Assembly: GCA_963737155.1 (NCBI GenBank)
Contig: CAVTRN010000002.1
Coordinates: 2,784,001-2,848,000, forward strand
Reading direction: 5' to 3'
DNA length: 64,000 bases
From: Nitrospirota bacterium
GTDB lineage: Bacteria > Nitrospirota > UBA9217
Every line of letters begins with the position of its first letter. The first letter of the stretch is position 1. Shown piece after piece: positions 41,048-52,065 of this stretch. The position numbers were made by a program, and so were the translations under genes. The notes beneath the pieces were generated by a model, which did not search any database, was not told the DNA's origin, and was given only the letters and a program-made list of their open reading frames with translations.

Positions 41048-41811
41048 TGTGAGCCTTACGAGCATGCAGCGCCTGTCAAATTCTCCCGTGAGAATGATCG
41101 GGAGGCTCGGGTCCGGAATGTATCTGATCCACCGATCAGTGATGATCAGCGCACGCTAATTCGTGACTGCTTCCTTCTCGCGCCTTTTCCCTCCCTCTTC
41201 TCCCAACGGCGCACGCCGAGCTCCTACACCATTCTGTCGCTGCGGTAAGCAATGAGTGATTTTGGCAACATGCACAGATCACATGGCTTTGGACGTGCGC
41301 TTCGGTAAGCGCGGGCAAGACTGAAAAAAACCTGGGATCAAAACAATTGCGGGTCTGACGACACCTCCTGGTTCATGAAGCCAGACAGCTCAAATTTGTC
41401 GAAGTCTCGAAGCAGGAAAACAGCAGCGAGGTGGAAAAGCCAAAGACCCGGTTCGGTTCCAACGCTGCCTTTCCCGTTTTCATGAAAGCGCACGACCTGT
41501 TGTTGAAAGAAATCGCGCACATGTTCGGAGAACGACTGCTCATGCGGGTGACGCAGGAGACTCGCAGAGCTTTTTCGACACCCATCGGAGCAAGTTCCCA
41601 TACATGCAATTTACAGACGTTCTAAGGATTATTACCACAACTTAACGATAAAATTGTCGATCAGCAGCTCGATTTATCTAGATTTGAACGGATTTATCGA
41701 ACTCGGGACTCGGTTCCTGCATGTCTAGTGGGTCCTTACCCGGGGCACTGTCGTGGTTGACAGCGATACAGGCTCTATGCTATGGTAGTGTTAATCAGAA
41801 AGGAGTCCTAC

Positions 41812-42225
41812 ATGGGTAACAAGCATATAATGACATTCCTTGTTTTCCTTACGCTGGGGCTAGTCACTCTGACAGCGCATGCAGCCGACGAGCTTTTCGA
41901 CAATAAGGCCGCCGCAGCACATATCGACAAAGGCATTGCCTATCTGAAGGCGAATAATTTTGACGCGGCTGTCAGGGAATTCGATGAGTCCGCTTCAATA
42001 TCTCCCGAAGCTGAGCCCTATTATTATCTCGGCTATACCTATTATCTCAAGAGTAGGAAGGGGGACGAGGAAAGCCGCAAACTGTCCCTTGAAAACTTCA
42101 AGAAAGCTTACGAAATCGAACCGAATTTCACTCCAATGCGGTATGAACCGACGGAGCCAACTCCCCATCAGGACAAACAGCGACCGGAAACAGGCGCCAC
42201 CGAGTCGCCGTCTGGGGCACAGTAG
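41812..42225 (+). CDS. secreted TPR protein
   Basis: RBS AAGGAG; signal peptide; HIDKGIAYL, PYYYLGYTYY, FKKAYEIEP. Confidence 0.8.
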   Translation: MGNKHIMTFLVFLTLGLVTLTAHAADELFDNKAAAAHIDKGIAYLKANNFDAAVREFDESASISPEAEPYYYLGYTYYLKSRKGDEESRKLSLENFKKAYEIEPNFTPMRYEPTEPTPHQDKQRPETGATESPSGAQ

Positions 42226-42619
42226 CAGGCTGTCCCCTGCTCCGACGGCGTAACCCGAAGCACAGATGCCCACGACGGAGATGGTAACGCCCCCAGACAA
42301 TGTCGCAAACTCTCCTGCGTAACAGCCGAAACAATAGCAGTACAAATTGATTGCCCGAAGGGGCCTATCATGTACATCAGCTTTTGCCTTGCCCCTGAAG
42401 CCGTGCCGCACGGGAAAAACATTCTCTTCCTACCTAACTTTTCAGCAGAAATTGGCTATCAAGGGCCGCCTTAAACAGAACTCGGGTAATATTGACAGGC
42501 CCTCCTTCCAGCCTTCACCGCTCGGGAAAATGCGGCTGCTTTATTTCTTAAGTCGCAGGTCCTTGGTAAGTTGTTTTTCGATAAAGGTTTGATGAGAGCC
42601 CAGCTTCCGGTTTAATGCG

Positions 42620-43010
42620 AAGGAACTTAATACTCATACCTGGCAGACGCAACGGACGTTTGCTCTTATCAATACAGTTTAATACTTCTCCGTCGATCTT
42701 GATTTCCGTGTTCCCCCATCTACAGGGTCATGGGGCCCTGCGAGCGCGTCAACGTGGCCTCGGCGTGCCTACTATTTATGCCGTGCTCCAAAAACGCTGT
42801 AAAACAGCCCATGCGAGCACCCGTTTCAACGACCTGGCCACTTTCGATAATTATATTCAGACAGATGATGAGGCAAATATAGCTATGATGCATTGCCTTT
42901 GTCGTCCACTGACTGGCTAGATATAACGTGTGTGGATCGACCGGCTTCCTTAGAAATACAGCAGCCCCTTCCTTCAGGCAGGTTTCTTCGGTAACGAGGT
43001 TTTCCGGCGC
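42620..43010 (-). pseudogene. decayed paralog of the REC-PilZ gene at 43287-44069
   Basis: CLKEGAAVFLRKPVDPHTLY...CLNIII vs CLREGCNEYLQKPIDPDVLY...CLNVIV; PGMSIKF vs PGMGIKF. Confidence 0.65.
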
Positions 43011-43042
43011 AGGACAATTAAACACTCCTGAGATATAGGCAC

Positions 43043-43249
43043 CTACTTCCGCTCGTACTTTCTCAGTTCCGTAATGCTCTCACCACCAATTCCCCAGTTG
43101 TCGGTATCCACCTCTTCTATGACTACAACTGTGGTTTTAGGATTTTTCCCAAGGATATCCTGAAGCATCTTGGTGATTCCCTGGATCAGCTGCGCCTTCT
43201 GAGCAGGTGTAGCGCCTTCTCTGGTGATTTTTATATTCACATAAGGCAT
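43043..43249 (-). CDS. 4-oxalocrotonate tautomerase family protein
   Basis: MPYVNIKIT (catalytic Pro1); DNWGIGG. Confidence 0.9.
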   Translation of the reverse strand: MPYVNIKITREGATPAQKAQLIQGITKMLQDILGKNPKTTVVVIEEVDTDNWGIGGESITELRKYERK

Positions 43250-43286
43250 ATCATCCCTCCGGAATCATGCACATCAAGTTCCCGAT

Positions 43287-44069
43287 TTAAAGAACCGGCC
43301 CGCCACTACGCGCCATAGTCAGTCCTTTGGTAATCTCTCGTCCGATAAAGTACTTGATCATTCTTTGATCCTCGGGTTTAATACGGACAAACTTTATGCC
43401 CATCCCCGGTGTTTTTAATGGACCTTTACCGCGCTCGAAGCTGTAGAGTATCATCCCCTCAACGTGGATCTTCGTACCTTCCAGAAAAATCGTGATTGAT
43501 AGCTCAAGGCCGATCGGCTTAGGCTTTGATGTGCTGATGTATATCCCGTTCTCTGACAGGGCGGACACATAGTCTCCGATCACGTTATTCGAGTTCTCAT
43601 CATTGCCAACGATCACGTTGAGGCAGGTATTGAGCCGGATAAACTTGCGGGGGATCGATTCCGTCGCATTCTGAATGGCCGAATAGAGCACATCAGGATC
43701 GATCGGTTTCTGGAGATATTCGTTGCACCCTTCACGCAAGCAGGCATCTTTCATAGCGGGGTCTTTTGATGCGGTGAGAATAAAGACTGGAATTGCATAA
43801 GACTTCGGGTTCCGCCTGATCTTTTTTAGGAATTCCAACCCGCTCATTCCGCTGAGATTGATTTCCGTCAGAATAAGTGCCGGATGGGCGACGTCGACGA
43901 GTTCCAAGGCATCTTCGGCATTCTTAGTTGTGTGGATATTGTATTCCAGCCGTTGTAGCAGGATGCTTGTATAATGCAGGTGGGAGCTGTCGCCGTCGAT
44001 GACCGCGAGAAGGCGCGTCACCCGCTCCCCCGGTTCAGATCCCGTTTTACGACCGTCGGATTGAGACAT
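43287..44069 (-). CDS. atypical receiver domain + PilZ domain protein
   Basis: LILTEINLSGMSG (Asp to Glu), KP; RKFIRL...ALSENG...GMGIKF. Confidence 0.8.
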   Translation of the reverse strand: MSQSDGRKTGSEPGERVTRLLAVIDGDSSHLHYTSILLQRLEYNIHTTKNAEDALELVDVAHPALILTEINLSGMSGLEFLKKIRRNPKSYAIPVFILTASKDPAMKDACLREGCNEYLQKPIDPDVLYSAIQNATESIPRKFIRLNTCLNVIVGNDENSNNVIGDYVSALSENGIYISTSKPKPIGLELSITIFLEGTKIHVEGMILYSFERGKGPLKTPGMGIKFVRIKPEDQRMIKYFIGREITKGLTMARSGGPVL

Positions 44070-44158
44070 AAAACCTTCCCCTTACAACATGAATTTGCCG
44101 GAAAGCCTGCGGCCTACCTTTCCCGGCGAATGTTCATCGTGTAACTATTTTCCCGTTT

Positions 44159-44770
44159 TCAGAGAGGCAGTTTGATTTTATACTGGAGCGCAAGCATTCG
44201 CAAGATGAATGTTACCGCAATACAAGCGGCTACCGCCGCGATATTATTGCCGAAGAAACGGACCCCAAGAAGATAAGCCCAGGCGCCGACGAATGAGCAG
44301 GTTGCATACAACTCCGCTCTTCGAAAAACGTAGGGAATTTCATTGCAAATGATATCACGCATTACTCCGCCGAATACGCCGGTAATGACGCCGAGAAGCG
44401 ACGATATGAATAGAGCGCAGCCGAGCTGGTCAGCAATCGATGTGCCGGACGCGCTGAAGGAACCGAGGCCTAAAGCATCGAGTGCAAGTACGATATTTAC
44501 GAGGCCTTTTTTTTCGAAGATATCCTGCGCCGCCATGCTGGATACGATTGCCAGGACCAGAAGGAGAATGGCGTACTCGTAATGTTCTATCCAGAACAGG
44601 GGATGGCGGTTCAGGATGATGTCGCGCAGCGACCCGCCGCCCAGCCCCGTGACCATAGCCAAGGAGTAAATGCCGATAATATCCATCCCCTTCTTTTTAG
44701 CCGCGTAAATGCCGGTCAAGGCAAAGGCGATAATACCGACTACTTCAATAGACTTGACAAGGGTATTCAT
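44159..44770 (-). CDS. TRIC/UPF0126 (YadS-like) membrane protein
   Basis: GIIAFALTG; TGLGGGSLRD; DALGLG; TGVFGGVMRD; ELYAT. Confidence 0.9.
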   Translation of the reverse strand: MNTLVKSIEVVGIIAFALTGIYAAKKKGMDIIGIYSLAMVTGLGGGSLRDIILNRHPLFWIEHYEYAILLLVLAIVSSMAAQDIFEKKGLVNIVLALDALGLGSFSASGTSIADQLGCALFISSLLGVITGVFGGVMRDIICNEIPYVFRRAELYATCSFVGAWAYLLGVRFFGNNIAAVAACIAVTFILRMLALQYKIKLPL

Positions 44771-45246
44771 CAGATTGTGTTGTTATCGTCCGCCGATTCC
44801 CGGGGGTTTATCCTGATACCGAGAATCCGCCACTGGCCTTTCTGCTTAATCAGCGACAGCTGCAGATCGACGGATCCCTTGTCACAATCGGTGGAGGCGA
44901 CGTACAAAGCAGTTATCGTAACGCCAGTCAAGAATGAAAGGGTTATCTGCGCCTCCCCCGTTGATCCTTTATATTCGCGCAGCGGCCCCATTTTCCGAAG
45001 AATGGTGAAGTACCGTTTCAGATCGGCATAATCCACCGTGGCGTTGAACTCATCGCTGGCCCGGTTCTGAAGCTCTGCGATATCCCAATCCGCAGCAATT
45101 GCAGGAATAGCAGCATCGACAAAGGACTTGCTTTCTTTATCCAGCACGCTCCCCACGGAAGCCATGACTGCCGTCGCAAACGCAAGAAGCGCTCCGATTG
45201 CCAGCAATAAATTGCCAGTCCTCCTCAACATATTGTGTTTGGGCAT
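44770..45246 (-). CDS. hypothetical exported protein
   Basis: N-terminal hydrophobic segment; coupled to the TRIC gene. Confidence 0.65.
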   Translation of the reverse strand: MPKHNMLRRTGNLLLAIGALLAFATAVMASVGSVLDKESKSFVDAAIPAIAADWDIAELQNRASDEFNATVDYADLKRYFTILRKMGPLREYKGSTGEAQITLSFLTGVTITALYVASTDCDKGSVDLQLSLIKQKGQWRILGIRINPRESADDNNTI

Positions 45247-45299
45247 ACCACCTCTTGAGATACATCAAATTTTTTTCGGTCACGATGCCTTGTTCGCGC

Positions 45300-47237
45300 T
45301 CATGGTCGAACGGCAACGCTGAGCTCATTAATCACCAATGCCGCGCTCACCGCATCATGCATGGCAATCGTCTTCGCCTCTTTCCATTGGTGCCGCAGTT
45401 TTTTGACATCCTCGCCCTTCGACTCGTGCGCCTTCAACATCCGGTCGATGACATCAAGCCGCTTGAACGCTTCCCGGCGGGTCTTTATTAGGATCCTATA
45501 CTTCTGCGGATCAGATTTTGGTATCGAAAAATCGCCGCTCGTCTTCCAGATGTCGCCGAGATGCAGCCATGCGGCAAAATATTCTGTTTTGCCGCCCTCC
45601 ATGGGCGTTATCCTCGATGTAGCCCTGATACTCTGCACATGCAGACCGTTCCGATCGGCGACCACCTTCTGGCTTCCTGTGAAAGGTTCGGCGCCCTGGG
45701 AATCGTAGTACCTCCATTTCACCGTTGAGACCTGTGTCTGCGAATCGTGGCAGCTTCCGCAGACCCTCGACTTGCCGTAGGGATGAGCAACTTCCTCCAC
45801 CTGCAGCCATGCAAGATATTTGTTGTTCCCGCCGGGAAAACTGAATGTGCCGAGCTGTGCATACGCATCGTGTGTCTCTCCCTGAGGCCAGCGGAAAATC
45901 AGTCCAGGCTTGGCCGCAATGGTTTCCTTGATGCCACCAACGCTGTTCGGCCATATTTTCGTCGGCATCCAGCGGCCATTCTGGTCCTTGATCAATATGG
46001 GCGGCTCCTGCGGCCCGTAATATAGGGAATACTTCTTGAACGGGTTCGGCCGGGACTCTATCAGACCAGGTCCCCACGAAGTCATCTCGTAACCACCGAG
46101 AATATTTACATGGCAGGCCGCGCAGACCATGTTTTTGTGAACGCTCCCGGCCATAGCCGCCTCAATCTCGAGATGACAGTCCTGACACGTGGCATTCCGC
46201 TCCAAGTGCCCCATGCCTTCCGGACCCGTTTCGTGGCAATCAACACACTCGATCTTTTTGCCGACGTGGACATCCTCGGGTAGACCAGGGGGCTCTGATA
46301 AATCCTTGCCGAGATAACTATCTCCACGACGGCGTTCCGTAGTCCCTGCGTGGCAGACAAAGGTGCTTCTGCCTCCACCAGAGCAGTTCAGCGACGGCGG
46401 GGTGCGGCTGAATGCATGGACGCCCTGCTTGCGTGAGGGCACATAGTGGCAGTCAAGACAGCCGGCATGGCATATATTGCATGCTTTCTGCTTGGCAATC
46501 GCCTGATCGTTAGACAGCGGAAGGTTAATTTCGGCAACGATCTTTTCAGTATTTTTGGAGGAGAACCTGTCACCTTCCGCCCGGCCGACCGGCTGGGTAT
46601 CCGCAAAGGATGGCCCTCAATTATTTGGACCATGAATATCGTTCCACGTCCGCATGGAACGCTGACGAAAGTTTGCACCCATCATGCTGGTATTGAACTG
46701 TTTCACTTCCTCGGGGTGGCACGAGGGTTTACCGCATGTCGCACGGGCGATGACGGGGTCATATCCGAGGGTTAGCGTGTTTCTGTCCTGCCATAGCAGC
46801 GTTCCCACGTCATAGTCCAAGGATCCGTCCGGGAGGCGAGGCAACAGCTCGCGCATCCGATCGCTGCCTGACGGCAAAATCTTAGTGACGTGGTCTTTCC
46901 GGGCTATAATGTTGAAATCGTTGTCCAACACGATGAGTTTCAGCAAGCCTTTGTGGGCTGTAACTGGATTGTCGGACAAACCATTGCCGAGGTGGCAGTC
47001 GCGGCATTCCGTGTTCGGATGGCGTGATTCCTTCTGTACTTGCTCACGAGTCATCATGAGTGCAGGATAGCCAAGGTGTATCATCCGCTCCCTATCCGAG
47101 TGGCATTGGACACACTTATCGCTCACTTGATAGCCAGAATAGAAGTAGATGAAGAGAAATATAGCGATAAACTGGGCAACAATGATCGTCATTCCAGTTC
47201 TCGTGCCAAATAATTTCCAGAGTTTACCGATTGCCAT
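45300..47237 (-). CDS. multiheme cytochrome c with in-frame TGA at 46617-46619 (probable selenocysteine), 645 aa
   Basis: ORFs 46617-47237 and 45300-46442 are in one frame; the 58 codons between them are stop-free and encode CNICH and CLDCH; 8 CxxCH plus CX4CH and CX9CH. Confidence 0.82.
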
Positions 47238-48161
47238 GATGTACCAAGATTACCACAGGCAAATGCTCAAAACAATTAAAAATCATGGCTCGCTCAGTAT
47301 CAGACGCTACATGCCCTCAGGACATCGACGATGTCCATGCTTAATGCCTGTATAGCGTGGAGCACGCCGCCGATAAAACCCATGATAATCGAGAAAGGAC
47401 CGATTAGACTACTACGTCGGCGATCATCGTGAGAGAGAAAGCCAGTTCAGAAAAAGTATTCCAATCCACTGTTAAAATGGTGATGAGCTGCATGCAGGAG
47501 ACGAATAAAAAAGACCTGCCAGCTCGCCGTAGAGCCCCAAGAGCATGGTTTCCATGAAGATAGCAGAATGTATGCGCCTTCGAGAGCCTCCCCGTGCCCT
47601 TAGTGTCCCGATCTTGCTCGTCCGGTTCGCGACGGCCGACATGATATTTTGGAGCTAGTAGAAAAAATGTGGTCAGTATCAGGTCGAGGATGCGCAGAAT
47701 TTTCCATCACCATGCGGTCTGCATCACCCATACCTCGAAATTATAAACTGTTACTTCGTCGTCGAAAACGCCAACCGCCGTCCATTTCCCCATGCCGGAA
47801 CTCAGCTGCGCGCCGATATCCGCTCCCCTAATACACTTGGCGACACTCAGCTATACAAGAACTTCCGACAAGGCCGGACTGGATATGCGGCCTGAAGGTG
47901 AGCAGGAGGGAAAAACGATCATCACTGTTGCAATAATCGATGTTTTCAATCTTATACGGCTGTATTAGACCGTGCTCGTCTTGTCGATTTACGGTTTTGC
48001 AAGTTCTCATCCGCCATGTTCCGGCTCCGTAATGAAGATAGAAGGTCTTGCGCAAACCCTGGTTCAGATTGTTGTCGTCCCGCTGAGAATGCCAAAAGCC
48101 AGCTCATGTTCAAGATCCGTAGGTTTTCTTGAATAACGGCTCTTTTACGAATGAATCAACA

Positions 48162-49535
48162 TCAAAACAGTCGCTCCATGGCCTCGTCCACAGTTCGCAC
48201 CCCTATCAGTTCCATCTTTCCTGGGGCCGCAGACTTTTCAAGTCTATCGACATTTAGCTGAGGAAGCATGCATCGGGTGAAACCCAGTTTGGCCGCGTCC
48301 TTGAGCCGTGCCTCAGTCTGGCTGATTGCCCGCACTTCTCCTGCAAGACCCACTTCACCCATGACCACGGTCTGGGCATTAATTTGTTTTTCGCGGAAGC
48401 TCGAAGCAACTGCGGCAATCACGCCGAGGTCGACTGCCGGTTCGTCGATTGTGAGCCCACCCACGATATTGACGAACACATCCATGCCCATAAGGTGCAT
48501 GCCCATGCGCTTCTCGAGCACGGCAAGCAGGAGCGACACGCGGTTGAAGTCAACACCAATGCAAGTCCTGCGCGGCATGGCGAGCTTAGAAGGCGCCACG
48601 AGCGCCTGCAGCTCCGCGAGAATCGGCCGCGATCCTTCGAGGGACGATACGACCACTGAGCCCGTGGCGTCGGCTGGCCGCTCGGCAAGGAACATCTCGG
48701 ATGGGTTGACCACTTCGGCCAGTCCGCCTTCCTTCATCTCGAATACACCAATCTCGTTCGTGGAACCGAAGCGGTTCTTTACAGCGCGAAGAACGCGGAA
48801 AGCGTGCCCCTTGTCCCCCTCAAAATAGAGGACGGTATCAACGATATGTTCGAGTACACGAGGTCCGGCGATAGCTCCGTCCTTGGTAACATGGCCGATG
48901 AGGAACGTCGGTACGCCCGATCTCTTAGCATAGAGCATGAGTCGTCCGGACACCTCGCGCACCTGGCCGACGCTGCCTGGCGCTGACGGTAGCTCGGAAG
49001 TGAACACGGTCTGGACTGAATCTACGACCAGCACCTGAGGCTGGAGACCGTCGGCCGCGTGCAGAATTTCCTCCAACTGCGTTTCGGCCAGCACGTAAAG
49101 ATTCTCGCCCTTCACGCCGAGCCGGAGCGCGCGCATCTTAATTTGCGACGGAGATTCCTCGCCCGAGACATAGAGCGCTTTGCCCCGTAGGTCGGAAACT
49201 TGCTTGAGCATCTGAAGCACGAGTGTGGATTTGCCGATGCCGGGGTCACCACCAATTAGCACGACCGAGCCGGAAACAATCCCCCCACCGAGCACGCGAT
49301 CGAACTCCCTGATCTTTGTCACGAAGCGATCCTCGTCCCTCGCCTGGATATCTTCGAGCAGGAGGGGTTCGGCGCCATGACCGCGTTTTGCGCTCCCGAT
49401 GTCCTTTGCCTTTTCCATCCGCTCCTCGACCATGGTGTTCCATGCACCGCAGTCAGGGCACTTCCCCATCCATCGGGGAGACTGGCTGCCACATGACTGG
49501 CAGACGTAAACTGTTTTGGTTTTATGGGGTTTCAT
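48162..49535 (-). CDS. radA: DNA repair protein RadA/Sms
   Basis: C4 zinc finger; GDPGIGKST; KNRFG; Lon-like C-terminus. Confidence 0.97.
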   Translation of the reverse strand: MKPHKTKTVYVCQSCGSQSPRWMGKCPDCGAWNTMVEERMEKAKDIGSAKRGHGAEPLLLEDIQARDEDRFVTKIREFDRVLGGGIVSGSVVLIGGDPGIGKSTLVLQMLKQVSDLRGKALYVSGEESPSQIKMRALRLGVKGENLYVLAETQLEEILHAADGLQPQVLVVDSVQTVFTSELPSAPGSVGQVREVSGRLMLYAKRSGVPTFLIGHVTKDGAIAGPRVLEHIVDTVLYFEGDKGHAFRVLRAVKNRFGSTNEIGVFEMKEGGLAEVVNPSEMFLAERPADATGSVVVSSLEGSRPILAELQALVAPSKLAMPRRTCIGVDFNRVSLLLAVLEKRMGMHLMGMDVFVNIVGGLTIDEPAVDLGVIAAVASSFREKQINAQTVVMGEVGLAGEVRAISQTEARLKDAAKLGFTRCMLPQLNVDRLEKSAAPGKMELIGVRTVDEAMERLF

Positions 49536-49649
49536 GGGAAATCATTTTCTCCTTGCGAGTTCATCACTCCCCAGAGACCTCTTCGGGACTGGGCGGCCAG
49601 AAACATGTCAAAAATAGTAGCCCCCTCAAAAGGCAAGGTCAAATGATGA

Positions 49650-50165
49650 TTATCGGCTTTCGATACTATCCTGCTTAAAAATCCTGCCATACCATACGCG
49701 TGAGTAGGGCATGACATCTTCCACCTTTTCCCGCTTAATTTCTGTAAACACTGAGGGGATTTCAGGGAAGAACGCATCTCCTTCGACAAGACAATGAATG
49801 ACGGTTAAATAAATCCTGTCCACTAGGGCGATGGTCTGACGAAAGATATTCTCCCCGCCGCAGATGAACATTTCATCCGCCCCTGTACATGCGGCGTACG
49901 CCGACTTCAGGTCGTGAACAACCATGCACCCGGACGCGGAATAGTTCTCGTTGCGAGTTAACACAATGTTCGTTCTGCCGCTGAGCGGTTGGCCGATACT
50001 CTCATAGGTTTTTCTGCCCAGGATGATGGGATGTCCTCGAGTGATTGAGTGAAAGCGTCTGCGGTCCGAGGGCAAATGCCAGGGCATTTTATTATTCCTT
50101 CCAATCACCCTATTTTCGGCCATTACGGCGATAATTGAAACAACCATCCTTTGCGGTTTCCTCAT
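49650..50165 (-). CDS. folA: dihydrofolate reductase
   Basis: VIGRNNKMPWHLPSD; GRKTYESI; GG..IF; EGDAFFP. Confidence 0.93.
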   Translation of the reverse strand: MRKPQRMVVSIIAVMAENRVIGRNNKMPWHLPSDRRRFHSITRGHPIILGRKTYESIGQPLSGRTNIVLTRNENYSASGCMVVHDLKSAYAACTGADEMFICGGENIFRQTIALVDRIYLTVIHCLVEGDAFFPEIPSVFTEIKREKVEDVMPYSRVWYGRIFKQDSIESR

Positions 50166-50706
50166 TCCCTGACACAGCTGTCTTTCTTATTACAACATAT
50201 TTTGGCTCAATGTTCAATGGCAATAATACATTACGTGAATATAGTATGTTTTTTATAGCAAAATAATCCCAACTATAAAAAACTATAGGCTATGCCGACA
50301 ATCCTGCAAAATTAGGGTTCCGCTTACAGAAAGTCCGGAGCCATTCTATAGCGGTGCATGTACGCTCCCTATCTGACACGAACTTTTCGGTCAGAATATG
50401 GATAATGATTTCGCGCTTTTGTAAACGTCGATGCCGTGCAAGAAATTCCTGCATGGTGATAGCATGAATGGATGTATTATAACATTAACATTTAAATCAT
50501 AATTGAGTGGTTCTATCTCCTTTGTCTACATGTCCGCATAGGGAACATTCCTGGCATCGATAGCCATGTTCGTACTTCCGACATAACTAATACTATGTTA
50601 TTGCAAAAAGAGTCGCAAATAATTAAAATATTAGCCTTTCGTCGTATAACCCAAAAAAGTAAATTGACTCTCCCTTGATTCTGTGTTAAGTATCTTATGG
50701 ATCATT

Positions 50707-52062
50707 ATGAAAGCATCCCTGCACAGAACACTGAGATTCAAGATCGCACTGTTTATCATAATACTCTTGCTGGTCACTGCTTCCATTTTTTCTTGGCTGA
50801 CCATCCAGACCATGAACAGTCATATTCTCGATGAAGTGCTCAGACGGGCTGAATCAATATCCAAAAGCACGGCCGCCCTAGCGCCTTATAGCATACTATC
50901 CGGAGACATACTAGGCATCGACAACATCGTTTCTAAAGTCAAAGAAGCAAATTCCGATGTGGAGTACGTTGCGGTCACCGATGAGAATGGCAAAATTCTG
51001 GCCCACACGGATATCACAAAAAGAGGTTCGCTAATACAGCCGTCCCGCGGAGACACGCTTAAGGTGAATGGAGATGGCTTGCGCATCTCCGAAGTGAAAA
51101 GTGCAACGGATAATTTTTTTGAACTCACCGTTCCCATCGTCTTCAAAAACAAGCCGCTTGGCAATGTTATCATCGGAGTGAACAAGTCCGTGCTTCAACA
51201 TGCGAGGGAGGACACCCGGCGAAGGATCATGGTGGGACTCGTCATCGTCATGTTCCTGGGCATCGGGTGCATTATCGTTCTGTCTTCTCTCGTGACGCGG
51301 CCGATAAAGGAACTGTCCCGAGGCGTCCGCGATCTCCAGCAAGGAAGAAGAACAAAGCTTAGGATTTACTCTCACGATGAACTCGGGGGGTTGACGGAAG
51401 GTTTCAATCAGATGACCGATTTGATCTCGAAACAACAGGCTTCGCTCTGCGCTTCGGCGCAGGACCTGGAAGAGGCCTATGTTGCCACGGTCAAAGTCCT
51501 GTCAGCTGCAATTGATGCACGCGATCCCTACACGCTCGGTCATTCCACAAGGGTAGCAAAACTATCTCTGGAAATCGGAGAAATGCTAGGTTTTTCCCAT
51601 TCTGAACTGGAGGAGCTCGAGATTGCCAGCCTTTTCCACGACGTGGGCAAGCTGAAGACGCCCGACTATGTTCTACTTAAGGAGGGCCCTCTGAACCCCT
51701 TGGAGCATCGCGAGATGACCGACCACACCGAACAGGGTGCAGCGATCTTGAGCAGGGCAAAGTCCCTTCAGAAGTACATACCGGCCGTCAGGCACCATCA
51801 CGAATGGTACAATGGTGAAGGCTATCCAGATGGCCTGCGCGGCAACGACATCCCGCTCCACGCCGCGATCATTTCGGTTGCCGACGCCTTCGATGCTATG
51901 ACGTCGTCGCGCCCCTATAAAAAGCCACGCACCTGCGAGGAAGCGCTCCGCGAGCTGAACCGATACTCAGGAAAGCAGTTTGCGCCCCGCATTGTCAAGG
52001 TTTTTCAACAGGTCGTCGAATCCCATCCCTGGCTTGTTGAACAGTTTTCAAGCAGAATCTGA
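50707..52062 (+). CDS. membrane HAMP/HD-GYP phosphodiesterase
   Basis: DPYTLGHSTRV; HDVGK; HHEWYNGEGYPDGL; VADAFDAMTS.RPY. Confidence 0.93.
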   Translation: MKASLHRTLRFKIALFIIILLLVTASIFSWLTIQTMNSHILDEVLRRAESISKSTAALAPYSILSGDILGIDNIVSKVKEANSDVEYVAVTDENGKILAHTDITKRGSLIQPSRGDTLKVNGDGLRISEVKSATDNFFELTVPIVFKNKPLGNVIIGVNKSVLQHAREDTRRRIMVGLVIVMFLGIGCIIVLSSLVTRPIKELSRGVRDLQQGRRTKLRIYSHDELGGLTEGFNQMTDLISKQQASLCASAQDLEEAYVATVKVLSAAIDARDPYTLGHSTRVAKLSLEIGEMLGFSHSELEELEIASLFHDVGKLKTPDYVLLKEGPLNPLEHREMTDHTEQGAAILSRAKSLQKYIPAVRHHHEWYNGEGYPDGLRGNDIPLHAAIISVADAFDAMTSSRPYKKPRTCEEALRELNRYSGKQFAPRIVKVFQQVVESHPWLVEQFSSRI

Positions 52063-52065
52063 ATC

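Noticed and set aside
41050-41625. Possible minus-strand pseudogene
   Set aside because: Fragments could not be assigned to a family
42223-42225. Pyrrolysine readthrough of TAG in the TPR gene
   Set aside because: The plausible continuation needs a frameshift and also contains TAA stops, so decay is more parsimonious
47250-48150. 900-bp gap with short ORFs, maybe a decayed membrane protein gene
   Set aside because: No recognisable motif
50170-50700. c-di-GMP riboswitch upstream of the HD-GYP gene
   Set aside because: No GEMM consensus (GGCAAAC..GAAA..GACGCAAA) recognised
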